From a virus, in IMG/VR virus record IMGVR_UViG_3300022752_000027, positions 1 to 64,000 of that record: a DNA stretch of 64,000 bases. One strand, written 5' to 3'. The notes beneath the pieces are model-generated. The model was not told where the DNA came from, searched no databases, and saw only the letters and a program-made list of their open reading frames with translations. Below are positions 50,489 through 60,812 of the stretch, in pieces; position 1 is the first letter of the stretch, and every line of letters starts with the position of its first letter. Position numbers and translations under genes: made by a program.

Positions 50489-53400
50489 TGAACTCTTGTC
50501 CGATACCATCAGAATTTGAACCATTAGTAGAACATGCTAAGTCCGTAGGTATACCTGAAAGGTCTGCTGTAAGTCAGGCATTAAGAGCATATATGATTCA
50601 TAACTCCAATCTAAAGCCAGGAGAAGAACCTAGTATGCCAACTAATTATGAGTTCAATAAGATAATGGATGATTATAATATCTTCATTAACTCTCCTGAT
50701 AGGCAAACGGTTACAGAAGCTCCAGTAGGTTCTAAGGATTACTTTGCTGATATAGAAAATGCATTTCCTTGGTATAAGGTTATAAGAGAAGGTCTGCAAG
50801 TTGACACTGAATCTCAGTCAAATCTTAAAGGTCGTGCTATTATAAATGCTATTGCAGAAAAACTAAGTAGCAATTTAGGTGTACCCTATCAGTTTGTTAC
50901 TGCTGCTGAGGCACAAGAACTTACTAAAGATGTAAATATTTGGTCTGGACAACCTGCATTTTATTTCGGAGATACTATTTATATCCTACCAGAATTAGCA
51001 ACAGAGAAATCTGTCTTCCATGAATTTGCTCATCCATTAGTAAGAGCTATTGCAACAGCTAATCCTGAGTTATTCAAGAATCTGTACAAGCAAGTAATGG
51101 CCACATCGAAGGGTCAAGAATTACTTGACCGTTCAAAGAAAGCTTATCCTTCTGCTGCACCAAATGATCCAATCATAATGGAGGAAGTATTGGTTATGGC
51201 TTTAACTCAGGCAGCAACAGACACAACTGATTCTGCATTTAACAAGTTCATTTCCAATCTGTTATATGCAATCAAGCAACTTCTACGCAGAGTATTTGGA
51301 AAAGTAAAAGTTGAAAAACTTAATCCTAATACTACTATTGGGGAGCTGGCAGATATGCTGATGATGGAGAAGTTTGATATAGATACAAAATCTATTAGCC
51401 GTGAAGACATTGCTGCTTACATGACTGAGTATGATAACCTTATTGAGTCTATTGATAAGTTATCTCAGAGTACATTACAGGGGTCAACTGATGAATTATT
51501 CAATATGATCTCTGGTCATATTCAGCTTATAAAAAACAACAAGGACTATAAGGCAATGGATCAGATCCTAAAGGATTTGTACCAGAGATCTGACCTGAAA
51601 GAAATTTATGAGAGTTTAGCACCATACCAAAGTAAAAACGAGTATTTAATAAACGAGATGACTCGGCTCCAGCAGGATGCAGAGTTTGCTAAACAACATA
51701 CAAAAGCATTCCTTGATAGTCTGTTGCGCCTCAATGCAATGACAGATAGAGTACATACTGAACTTATCAATCTTGTGAAGGATATGAATTCCCAAGATAA
51801 TGTAGGTAAAGTATTTTACTTTAACAACATTATGAACTCATGGGATGAGTTCTTAAATGGTATGGAGACTACCATTAATAATGAACTACAGTCTGGAGCA
51901 ATTAAGCCGGACAATCCTATTATATCATTAGTTGGAGGTATCAGAAGAAAGATATCTAATGCACAGAAGACAGCAAACAAAGTATATGCTGAAGGTGTAT
52001 CACAGGTTCTTAAGTCTCAAATAGCACCAATGAAGACTGCTATTGATGAGAAGTATGACCAGATTATGGAGGATCTCCGTAAAAGAAATGCTCCTGCAAG
52101 TATTATAGCACAGAAACAAAAAGACTATTGGGGTCTTGAGGGACCAGAACTTGCTGAATTCCTAGACCTTAAGAATAAAAAAGATAAGGGATTACCAATG
52201 TCTTCTGTTGAATCTCATAACTACGAGATTCTAAAAATGAAGAGTTATAGAGATGGTGCATATCTTACTGATGAGAAGATTGATTACCTAATGACTGGCA
52301 GACTTGGTGATGGTCATGCTCTTAATTCTTTTATAGAAGGTTTTGTATATAACCAAGATCCAATTGTATTTGGATTTGCCGGATGGGTAAAGGATAATCT
52401 TACTGAAGTATTTACCTCATCACAAAGAAAAGGTAATTCTTTTCTTAATGAGGTTAAGCCATTACTAGAGGCTGCTGGTTATAACCAATCTAACCCTGCT
52501 GCATTCGGAAGAAGAGCAACCTTTAGAGATAAGAAAGGTGGTGTAGATAAAGATGGTAAGTACGTCACTAAAGATGTAAATACTATTATCAATCCTTGGA
52601 AAGACTATAGGGCTGATATTGCTAGATTAGAAGCAGAGATTAGAGCAGCAACTGAAGTAGCATATTCATCAGGAAATAATGATGAGGTTCTACGACTTAA
52701 GAAAGAAAAACGAGACTACGAACAGAAGTATTTTCATACCCCATATACAGAAGAATACTATAAAAGATTTAGTGTATTTAATCAAGGTCCTGGAGATATT
52801 ATTGGCGCAAAAGCTGAGGCTGCTAGAAATGAATTATTATCAAAAATTCAGAATCTTACTACATCAATTGGTATCTCTACAACAAATGAGAACTTTGATA
52901 CTAGAGATGAACTAGCTAATCTTTGGAGAGAATACAGACAGCTGCATTCTAACTATACATCTTCGGGTCAATTAAAAGATGCTGAAGGAATTAAGATTGC
53001 AGAAAGACTGAGAGAATTTAGAAATGCATCTAAGGATCTATACGATAATACTCTTATCCCTGAGTTGTTTACTAGTTCTCTTGCTGCATATGAACAGTCC
53101 CTTATTGACCAAGGCTATGAGAAATGGGGTGTACCATTCATGAAGCTGAGAAATAAATGGATTGAAAAGAACACCAGAACTGTAATCAAAGATAACTTCT
53201 ACGCAGAGCAAAAAAGAATTACAGATGAGATTAAGCAGATAAGTAGCAAGCTACCTAAAAATCTACAGGCTGAGTTTGATATAAGCAAACACTATGAGAA
53301 GCTTCTGCAGTTGATGAATCCTTACAGAGATGAGGATAATCAACCAGAAGCTACAGCAATGGACTTGCGTAACATCGAAGCCATTAAAGAAACTCAGGAA

Positions 53401-56220
53401 TTAATTAATCTTGCAAAAGAAAATCTACCTAGACTTACTGGTCTGACACAACTGGAGCATGCTACTCTTAGTAATTACTACGAAAAATTATCTGAGGGAG
53501 AACCTGTTACTAAAGAAGAAAGAGAAGAAGTAAAAGTACTATTAGATAAGAAGTCACAGTTTGGATTATCTAAAGAAGATAAGGCTAGACTGTATGAATT
53601 GTATGCGGAATTAGGAGAATTACAGAAGTCATATCCCACAGACTATTACATGGATATGTTTAACAACTATCTGAGTTTAGTTGACATGGATCTTTTAGAG
53701 TCAAACTTTGACATGAAGGATCTCACTATGGATACTGCAGACAGAGTTTTGAATATGGACTTCTATAATACTATAGTTAGCACTAATCCAGAATTCAAAG
53801 AATGGTTTGATAAAAATCACATTATCAAAACTGTTACTGATAAGTTTGGAGTAAAGACTAGAAAGATAGAACGTGTAAAGGCATGGAGTGTAGTAAGACC
53901 AAGGAACATACAATACTATGACATATTCAGCTTTACTAATTCTTTAGGTCAGCCTGAGTCTATTGTAGGTATGCCTAACCACCTTTATTATGAAAGAACG
54001 GTAAAGCAAAAGTTTGTTACAAAGCCTGTATCTGTACTTGAAGCAATTGAACAGGGAGATATTACTAAGGCCAACATGGATAATAAAGGTAACTGGTTAC
54101 CTAGATTAGACATTGACGATAAGAAGTATGTAAATGAAAAGTTCTTTAATATCCGTGACACGGATAAGAACTTATACAATGCTATTATTGCTTTAACTAA
54201 ATGGCACTTTACTTTCCAAGAGAATAGTCCTAATAGTTCTAAGTTAGGTTTTGATATACCCCGATATAGAAAAGAAGGTTACGAATCTAGAATGGAATAC
54301 TTTACCGCCGAGGGTAAATTAGAAAATCCTATATCTAGATGGTGGAGAAGATTTAAATCATTGTGGCAACCCTCACCTGATGATGCCGAAGAAGGATACA
54401 ACTTTAAGGATCAGATGATGATGATGGATGGTGAAGTATACAATGATCAGAATGCTGGAATTCCAATCACTGGTCTATCTGCATTAGAAGCAGATGACGT
54501 ATCACTAGATCTTACTTATGGTATGTTAAAGTTTATGGTATCATCCGAAAAGCAAAGAAAGCTTATCGAGATGAATCCAATGGCTAGAGCATTGCAGATG
54601 GTAATGAGAGGTTCTGAAGATGCTATTAATGAATTTAAAAACATTAATAAAAGAACACAGAAAAATAACAGCACCTGGAATCTTGTTGGAGAAAAAACAA
54701 CACTAGGTAAAAGCAAAGGAAAGTCAGTAAGGGAAACAGCAATAGATAACTTTATAGAAAGAGAATTTGAAGGAGTAGTACGCAAGGGTGTACTAGGTAA
54801 AGATAAAGACAATGCATTTGTTAACAAAGTAGTAGATAATATCATGAGATTATCTGCCTTTGGATACTTTGCTATGGACATACCTAGTGGTCTGAAAAAC
54901 TCTTTTTCTGCTAGAATACAAAGTATTCAAGAAGCAGCTGGAGGTAAGTATTACAACATGACTAACTATGCTAAAGGAGTAGCTTGGTCAAATAAAACCA
55001 TGTGGGAAATAAGTCTTAACGTAAATAAGTTTGGACCTAAGTCACATGATCAGCAGCTCGTTGAAATATTTGATGCTGTGCAAGGAAGATTTGAAGAAAA
55101 GTTTGCAGATCATGGTTCAAGATCATTAACTAAAGATGCACTTGGTGGATTGACCTGGATGACTAGCTTCCGTAAATGGACAGAATTAAATTCATCGCTG
55201 TCTATATTCGGCGCAATGCTGCATCACGAAAAAAATGTAGAGCAAACAATTAATGGAGTTACTAAAAGAATTGCATATATAGATGCATGGGAGACAGTAG
55301 ACAATCAAATAAGATTAAAAGAAGGTGTAGACCCTGAATGGGGGATTAATGGTGCTAAGTTTAAAGCATTTAAGAATAAGGTACAAGGTGTTAATAACAG
55401 CCTGAACGGTTCTTTTGCTAAGTTTGATTATGCAGAGGCTGATAAGTTTATGGCTTTCAGATTTGTAATAGCCTTTAAACGCTGGTTCATTAGAATGTTC
55501 TTAAACAGATATCAGTACAGAGGTAGTATGCGTAATCCTAAATACAGATACGACGCTGCTGTAGGTGATACTGTTATGGGATTCCATGTTGAAGCAATGA
55601 GAGCATTATTTAGAGGAATACAAAGTAGAGGAGAATACTTTAATTTCTTATCCCCATCTGAGAAAGCAGCATTGTGGAAGACAACTATGGATGTAGCATA
55701 CCTTATTTTATTCAGCATGGCTATATCAATGATCTTTGGATTTGATGAAGATGATGAAGATAAGTTTGAAAAACTTAGAGATAGATCAGGACCTCTTCCA
55801 TTCTTTGGGGTAAGTGAAAATGAAGCTGACTTTAAATTAGGGGGATGGCTAACAAACCATGCACTACTTATGACAATGCAACTTAAGAATGAAACGGTTC
55901 AATGGTTACCTTTGCCTGGACTAGGTGCAGATAACTATCTAGAGATGCTTAAGATGGATGCAATAGCAATGAAAAATACTTTAGATAACTATAAGAAGAT
56001 GGGTGGTGCATTAATTCTTGTTTCTGGTAATGCATTATTTGGAACAGATAGTACTAAAGCATATTGGGATCAAAGAGAAGGACCATACTCATGGATGCAA
56101 GAAGGAGAAGAAGGAAGTAAAGCATTGAGTTATTTCTTTAGATCATTCGGTGTTACAGGTAAATCATTAGATCCTGCACAAGCAACAACTAACTGGGTTA
56201 AATCATCAAATTGGAGATAA
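50488..56220 (+). CDS. Large ejected protein with an N-terminal zincin-like domain and a C-terminal hydrophobic helix
   Basis: HEFAH at 51019-51033 with downstream EE; VAYLILFSMAISMIFGF near the C-terminus. Confidence 0.7.
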   Translation: MNSCPIPSEFEPLVEHAKSVGIPERSAVSQALRAYMIHNSNLKPGEEPSMPTNYEFNKIMDDYNIFINSPDRQTVTEAPVGSKDYFADIENAFPWYKVIREGLQVDTESQSNLKGRAIINAIAEKLSSNLGVPYQFVTAAEAQELTKDVNIWSGQPAFYFGDTIYILPELATEKSVFHEFAHPLVRAIATANPELFKNLYKQVMATSKGQELLDRSKKAYPSAAPNDPIIMEEVLVMALTQAATDTTDSAFNKFISNLLYAIKQLLRRVFGKVKVEKLNPNTTIGELADMLMMEKFDIDTKSISREDIAAYMTEYDNLIESIDKLSQSTLQGSTDELFNMISGHIQLIKNNKDYKAMDQILKDLYQRSDLKEIYESLAPYQSKNEYLINEMTRLQQDAEFAKQHTKAFLDSLLRLNAMTDRVHTELINLVKDMNSQDNVGKVFYFNNIMNSWDEFLNGMETTINNELQSGAIKPDNPIISLVGGIRRKISNAQKTANKVYAEGVSQVLKSQIAPMKTAIDEKYDQIMEDLRKRNAPASIIAQKQKDYWGLEGPELAEFLDLKNKKDKGLPMSSVESHNYEILKMKSYRDGAYLTDEKIDYLMTGRLGDGHALNSFIEGFVYNQDPIVFGFAGWVKDNLTEVFTSSQRKGNSFLNEVKPLLEAAGYNQSNPAAFGRRATFRDKKGGVDKDGKYVTKDVNTIINPWKDYRADIARLEAEIRAATEVAYSSGNNDEVLRLKKEKRDYEQKYFHTPYTEEYYKRFSVFNQGPGDIIGAKAEAARNELLSKIQNLTTSIGISTTNENFDTRDELANLWREYRQLHSNYTSSGQLKDAEGIKIAERLREFRNASKDLYDNTLIPELFTSSLAAYEQSLIDQGYEKWGVPFMKLRNKWIEKNTRTVIKDNFYAEQKRITDEIKQISSKLPKNLQAEFDISKHYEKLLQLMNPYRDEDNQPEATAMDLRNIEAIKETQELINLAKENLPRLTGLTQLEHATLSNYYEKLSEGEPVTKEEREEVKVLLDKKSQFGLSKEDKARLYELYAELGELQKSYPTDYYMDMFNNYLSLVDMDLLESNFDMKDLTMDTADRVLNMDFYNTIVSTNPEFKEWFDKNHIIKTVTDKFGVKTRKIERVKAWSVVRPRNIQYYDIFSFTNSLGQPESIVGMPNHLYYERTVKQKFVTKPVSVLEAIEQGDITKANMDNKGNWLPRLDIDDKKYVNEKFFNIRDTDKNLYNAIIALTKWHFTFQENSPNSSKLGFDIPRYRKEGYESRMEYFTAEGKLENPISRWWRRFKSLWQPSPDDAEEGYNFKDQMMMMDGEVYNDQNAGIPITGLSALEADDVSLDLTYGMLKFMVSSEKQRKLIEMNPMARALQMVMRGSEDAINEFKNINKRTQKNNSTWNLVGEKTTLGKSKGKSVRETAIDNFIEREFEGVVRKGVLGKDKDNAFVNKVVDNIMRLSAFGYFAMDIPSGLKNSFSARIQSIQEAAGGKYYNMTNYAKGVAWSNKTMWEISLNVNKFGPKSHDQQLVEIFDAVQGRFEEKFADHGSRSLTKDALGGLTWMTSFRKWTELNSSLSIFGAMLHHEKNVEQTINGVTKRIAYIDAWETVDNQIRLKEGVDPEWGINGAKFKAFKNKVQGVNNSLNGSFAKFDYAEADKFMAFRFVIAFKRWFIRMFLNRYQYRGSMRNPKYRYDAAVGDTVMGFHVEAMRALFRGIQSRGEYFNFLSPSEKAALWKTTMDVAYLILFSMAISMIFGFDEDDEDKFEKLRDRSGPLPFFGVSENEADFKLGGWLTNHALLMTMQLKNETVQWLPLPGLGADNYLEMLKMDAIAMKNTLDNYKKMGGALILVSGNALFGTDSTKAYWDQREGPYSWMQEGEEGSKALSYFFRSFGVTGKSLDPAQATTNWVKSSNWR

Positions 56221-56224
56221 TAGA

Positions 56225-56368
56225 ATGGCAAAAACAGTATCAGTAAAGAATGCCTTTGCACCTAAAGGCAGCAGAAAAAAAAGACCAGGTGTAATATCTA
56301 AGACAAAGAACAGTGGTTTGAAGTCTAGTAAAAACTATAAGAAACCTTATAGAGGTCAAGGAAGATAA
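56225..56368 (+). CDS. Small basic protein (47 aa; not in ORF track)
   Basis: MAKTVSVK...SSKNYKKPYRGQGR; the terminal YRGQG motif is one I recognise from small phage proteins. Confidence 0.7.
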   Translation: MAKTVSVKNAFAPKGSRKKRPGVISKTKNSGLKSSKNYKKPYRGQGR

Positions 56369-56398
56369 AGAAAAACCCCGGATTTCTCCGGGGCTTCC
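56369..56398 (-). terminator. Terminator between the convergent modules
   Basis: On the - strand: CCCCGGA-GAAA-TCCGGGG-TTTTTCT; may act in both directions. Confidence 0.8.
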
Positions 56399-56422
56399 TC
56401 ACCACAATAACAAACTAACACA

Positions 56423-56707
56423 TCACACCAAGGTTGTGGCAAGTTTGCCAAACCTAGCTTCTTTTGTTTTGTCAACAATATTTATAAGCAGTTCTTCCGA
56501 ACACCAAGCAACCATCATTGCTTTGATGTGTGTTTTAACTGCCTTAGTATCATTAAATACTTCAGATACTTGAAGTATCTGTCCATTCTTAGCTACTGTT
56601 TTTACAACATAGCCATAGACAGTTGTTCTTTCTTTCTCTCCAGTTTCTTCATTAACTACCATGATTCTTCTTTTTGAATCATGGATTTGGATTGTTGGTT
56701 CTTTCAT
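56423..56707 (-). CDS. Small protein, YegP/DUF1508-like
   Basis: VAKNGQILQVSEVF....AVKTHI resembles the A.NG.I...SE.Y pattern. Confidence 0.5.
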   Translation of the reverse strand: MKEPTIQIHDSKRRIMVVNEETGEKERTTVYGYVVKTVAKNGQILQVSEVFNDTKAVKTHIKAMMVAWCSEELLINIVDKTKEARFGKLATTLV

Positions 56708-57084
56708 TGGATTATAGCTTTAATATTAGGACGAAAATACGAAGGACCTTTTAATATTTTACCATCTTCTCGATAAATTGGTTTGCCATCAGCCCCTAAC
56801 TTACTCATATTAGATCTATGAATCTCTCTAAATACTTCTTCAATCTTATGTTGAAGACCGTGCTTTAGTATTGTACCATAGATAATATAAAGCTGGTCCC
56901 CTAAAGCATCAGCAATTCCAACTAAATCTTCTTTTTCTACGGCCTCAAGATACTCATTGTTCTCTTCTGCAAGTAGAGAGTATCTTAATTTGCCTTCATT
57001 GCTACTAATAAATCTTGGTTTGTTTCCATCCTTCTGGTCAAACACAGTGTGGAAATCACCAACCATCTGAATATAGTCTCTCAT
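56704..57084 (-). CDS. MazG/PRA-PH-like NTP pyrophosphohydrolase
   Basis: V.DFH..F, EENNEY, IADALGDQLY, EIHRSNMSK, REDGKILKG. Confidence 0.85.
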   Translation of the reverse strand: MRDYIQMVGDFHTVFDQKDGNKPRFISSNEGKLRYSLLAEENNEYLEAVEKEDLVGIADALGDQLYIIYGTILKHGLQHKIEEVFREIHRSNMSKLGADGKPIYREDGKILKGPSYFRPNIKAIIQ

Positions 57085-57089
57085 ATCTA

Positions 57090-57500
57090 CTACTCGGGTT
57101 TAAAGGTATAAATTAATTTATCATGCAAGGATTCTGTATGACTCCAAAGATTATTACCCATACCCTCATAGTCAGGATAATTAGGATTATAATTAATTCG
57201 GCTATATAACATACCTTTAATTAGTAGCATATAAGCAATAGCGTCACCAATCTTTTCATCTATTGCCTCAGCCGTTGATGTCTCTGAAGCAATCATATCT
57301 TTTACAGACTGCAGGTGTTTAACAGCATATTCCCATGCTACCTGTTCAGCTTTACAATGGTACGACAATCCTCCTGCCGCCCTTTTAAAATTAGAAAATA
57401 CATCTTCTGTAGATGCATACTCTGCATTCTTATTATGAAATCTTTCCATAATTTCAGCAAGACTATGCAATGCCATTTCCTCAAAATCTTTATAGTTCAT
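57090..57500 (-). CDS. All-alpha protein, DUF1599/Nmad1-like (nucleotide-modification associated)
   Basis: KNAEYA...FSNF...KH......DEKIGDAIAY. Confidence 0.55.
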   Translation of the reverse strand: MNYKDFEEMALHSLAEIMERFHNKNAEYASTEDVFSNFKRAAGGLSYHCKAEQVAWEYAVKHLQSVKDMIASETSTAEAIDEKIGDAIAYMLLIKGMLYSRINYNPNYPDYEGMGNNLWSHTESLHDKLIYTFKPE

Positions 57501-57549
57501 AATTGTGCTATAAGTATGGGGGGGGATTTCATGCCCCTCCCCAGATTAA

Positions 57550-58434
57550 TTAAAGTTCAGGAAGCTCTAACGGACTGTTGTCGTCAAAGATACTAAGAAT
57601 CTCATCAGAATTTACAGGCTGCTCCACATCTTCAATAACATCAAATATATTCATTTGATTTTCAGGAACTTGCTCTTCTTCAGTCTGAGGAATTGCAGGC
57701 ACTGCTGGTACACCGTGAACAATATTATTCATAATGTAAGCATGCACTCTGCTTTGATCTTCAAACCATGTCTTAGGATGCGAAGTTCTTAATGCAATAC
57801 CGATGATATTGTAGAAGTTCCATAAGTTATTCTCAGAGTACTCATCAAATAACTTTACTTTTCCACACAGCATATCTTTGATTTGGGATACCTGTTCTTT
57901 ATTAAGAACCTCTTCTTCAATAAACAATACACCGATGATCTCAGACATCTGCTTAAGTGTAAGTTCTTTTTGAATCATTGAATTCTTACTAGAACATAGA
58001 TAGTTGTAGAAGATGTTAGCTTGATTAAGCTGTGTCTCAATCATTTCTACGGCTAATTGATCTGCATTACCTGTATGCTTTCTAGCAAAGTTGGATAGAT
58101 GTCCAGCAAATACATAGGTATTAGTCTTTGCTACATAGGCACCGATACCGCACTTAAATCTAGTTGACTTATCATATGAGTTACCCCATACAAACATCAT
58201 CTTTAAGTCTGGATCTGTACCGTAGTCTAGCAAGATTTTACCCATTGCTACATTTCCTGAATAACTAGAAGCATAAAGCTCTTCTTTAATGTTAAAGCCT
58301 TTATTGACAATAGTTCCAAGACTCTTGTCAATAATTGACTTATGGCTAATAGGGGTATATCTACCCCCATGATTTGGTATTGTAACCTGCTCCAGGAAGG
58401 AACGGGTTATACCCTTTGGCAATGTTCTGCTCAT
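57550..58434 (-). CDS. DUF932-like protein with an acidic tail
   Basis: YTPISH, NSYDKS, RKHTG, NLWNFYN. Confidence 0.6.
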   Translation of the reverse strand: MSRTLPKGITRSFLEQVTIPNHGGRYTPISHKSIIDKSLGTIVNKGFNIKEELYASSYSGNVAMGKILLDYGTDPDLKMMFVWGNSYDKSTRFKCGIGAYVAKTNTYVFAGHLSNFARKHTGNADQLAVEMIETQLNQANIFYNYLCSSKNSMIQKELTLKQMSEIIGVLFIEEEVLNKEQVSQIKDMLCGKVKLFDEYSENNLWNFYNIIGIALRTSHPKTWFEDQSRVHAYIMNNIVHGVPAVPAIPQTEEEQVPENQMNIFDVIEDVEQPVNSDEILSIFDDNSPLELPEL

Positions 58435-58435
58435 T

Positions 58436-60424
58436 CTAAAAAAGTGTTAATTGATATTGGTTTTGAGAACTGGTAATATTACCTATCTCTTTATAGATAC
58501 GATCTATATAATACTTTTCATTCACATCATAATCAGGCCATGGAAGATCTATATATTCATTGAATACACGCTGTTGCCATCTTCCTGATTCTGTTTGTAT
58601 CTCTCTACCATCTGCATTATTATGCTTTACTATTTTACATCCTTTATTGGAGACATAGTAACGTACAATTTTCTGCAACTCTTTGCTTATTCTTTCTACT
58701 CCTACTATACATGTTTCAATAAACTTCCAATCTCCTTTGGCTTTTACACCTGCACAATAATCAAATATATTTTTATTGTCTCGTAGATAATGTTCTGGTA
58801 TTACATCATGAACGAAGTAATAATAAATAGCTTTAGGAATAATCAGGAAACTTTTGTTCTTATGAAGAGCTAAGTCTGCAAATTCAAATCTACCCTTGCA
58901 TTTAGTTGCGTTATAATAATAGCAATCTTTATCTTGGGTAAATATATAATGCGGATTTTGCAACTTCAAGTTTTCCCACTCTTCTTTAGAGCATGCTTTT
59001 GTTTTATGTACAGCAATGTAATTGTTTACATCAGCAAGTATGAGCTTGTTATACTGGTCATGTTCAAGACTTAGCTTTGTTAGCTTCTCCCATTCTGCAC
59101 AGATTTCTAGATACTTGTCTTTGTAATGCGCTGGTATCATCATCTCAAGACCATCTGTATTCTGCATAATAGGAATAGAACCTGGAATACCCATACTAAG
59201 CATCTCATATAACATAGTCAGACAAAGCTGGCCGTTAACAGTAATGCGCATAGTAAACTCAGGATCATACAGAAAACTATTCTCGTCATTGCTCAGACCA
59301 TAAGTACTATTAAGAATAATCTTATAGACATAATTCCTAGGATCTTTCTTAGGTATCTTTTTCCTCTCCTCAAAGAACCATTGATACTGTTCACAGAATT
59401 CTTCTTTTGGTAAATGTGCTGGTGCCCATTTATTCATGATAGCCAAATTAGGATAAAAACTAGTAACGTCAGACGTCATTATTATCATTCCATCTTTTGC
59501 CTCATATATACCTGGAGTTGTTGCACCGTGCACACCGCCTAAACCAAAGTCAGTTTTAACACCCTTATGTGTAATAGAATACTTAAATCCACCTTTTGTA
59601 TTTCTTGTATCAAGAACTATGGATTTAAACTTCTCTAGTACACTCTTAAATTCAGGATGTTTAAACTTAATATAAGGTAGTATAATATCATTGATCCTAA
59701 TAGACTCTCTTCTTGTACGTAACTTATTAAGCTCATAGGTACTTATGCCTGTTTTCTTCTTGAGAAAATGTAGGAATAGTAACTTAGAAATTCTAGGTTC
59801 AGAAGCACTAAACATATCCAGTTCATACTCTTTTGTTAATGCCTTACGTAAAGCTATCTGACTCTTACTGAGTTCATATATTTTAGCCGTAGACTTAACG
59901 TCATTAATACAATACTGAATAATAGTATCTAGCTGTTCTTGTTTTGTTATAGACGTTGTATGATGAATCGGCATCTCTTGGATGTTATACCAATCCATGC
60001 TATACTGAATCCACTTCAAACTAGATTTCTTTGCAGGATTATCCCAATGATTTAGCTTATAAAGATCAATAGTATTTATTACACTATTGTTCCAGTTAGA
60101 TTTAAAGTCTTGTTCATTAATAACTCTTTGTGCCTCCTCATATATTTCAGCTGCTATATCCTGTCCGTGCATGTTATCATAAATACCTACACCAAACCGA
60201 CTCATTATAAACGATGTAATATGATTGTCGAATCCTATACCATTAAAACTGATATGGAATTCATCATCAATTACATTATCTACAAGAAATAAATATAGCT
60301 TCTGTACATCATTACGAAGCTTTGATATTACAAATACTCTTAAATCTTCAGGATCTTTATAATGTTGTGCACAAAGAACTGTACAATCTACTAATGTCTC
60401 ATAGTCTATGATCCAATGATTCAT
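58436..60424 (-). CDS. polB: Family B DNA polymerase
   Basis: Exonuclease motifs DYET, FNGIGFD, YCINDV; polymerase motifs SDVTSFYPN, KIILNSTYG, NTDG. Confidence 0.92.
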   Translation of the reverse strand: MNHWIIDYETLVDCTVLCAQHYKDPEDLRVFVISKLRNDVQKLYLFLVDNVIDDEFHISFNGIGFDNHITSFIMSRFGVGIYDNMHGQDIAAEIYEEAQRVINEQDFKSNWNNSVINTIDLYKLNHWDNPAKKSSLKWIQYSMDWYNIQEMPIHHTTSITKQEQLDTIIQYCINDVKSTAKIYELSKSQIALRKALTKEYELDMFSASEPRISKLLFLHFLKKKTGISTYELNKLRTRRESIRINDIILPYIKFKHPEFKSVLEKFKSIVLDTRNTKGGFKYSITHKGVKTDFGLGGVHGATTPGIYEAKDGMIIMTSDVTSFYPNLAIMNKWAPAHLPKEEFCEQYQWFFEERKKIPKKDPRNYVYKIILNSTYGLSNDENSFLYDPEFTMRITVNGQLCLTMLYEMLSMGIPGSIPIMQNTDGLEMMIPAHYKDKYLEICAEWEKLTKLSLEHDQYNKLILADVNNYIAVHKTKACSKEEWENLKLQNPHYIFTQDKDCYYYNATKCKGRFEFADLALHKNKSFLIIPKAIYYYFVHDVIPEHYLRDNKNIFDYCAGVKAKGDWKFIETCIVGVERISKELQKIVRYYVSNKGCKIVKHNNADGREIQTESGRWQQRVFNEYIDLPWPDYDVNEKYYIDRIYKEIGNITSSQNQYQLTLF

Positions 60425-60430
60425 TAGTCA

Positions 60431-60802
60431 TTATTCTGTTACCTCTGTTTCAAAATACTTTTGGAAGTCGTAGGTATCTGAATTAAAAGCAAAATGTTTT
60501 ACGAATGCTTCAATGTCAGTTCTTTCTTCTAGATAATACTCCTGATATGTTTCAAGAGTTCTTCTCTCTTCTTTAACCATTTTGTCTGCAGACTTTGGAT
60601 TCTTTCTAGGCTCTGGGTCACCATTAGGATCTAGCTTTGCAATCAAATGGAATTGATCTTTCTTGTTCTTACCGATAACAGCTAAGACTTTAAGCTGTGA
60701 ATCAAAGATACATTCTACAAATGGACAGTCTTCCGTTGCAGGAATCATTTTAAACGTCTTGTTGTTCTTCCAACTAGACGTAAATAACATCATATTATTC
60801 AT
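60431..60802 (-). CDS. Hypothetical protein
   Basis: 123-aa ORF with an A-rich start context. Confidence 0.6.
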   Translation of the reverse strand: MNNMMLFTSSWKNNKTFKMIPATEDCPFVECIFDSQLKVLAVIGKNKKDQFHLIAKLDPNGDPEPRKNPKSADKMVKEERRTLETYQEYYLEERTDIEAFVKHFAFNSDTYDFQKYFETEVTE

Positions 60803-60812
60803 GTTGGTTTTT

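Noticed and set aside
58436-60424. Intein or intron in the DNA polymerase or RNA polymerase
   Set aside because: Motifs are contiguous and no intein splice signatures were seen.
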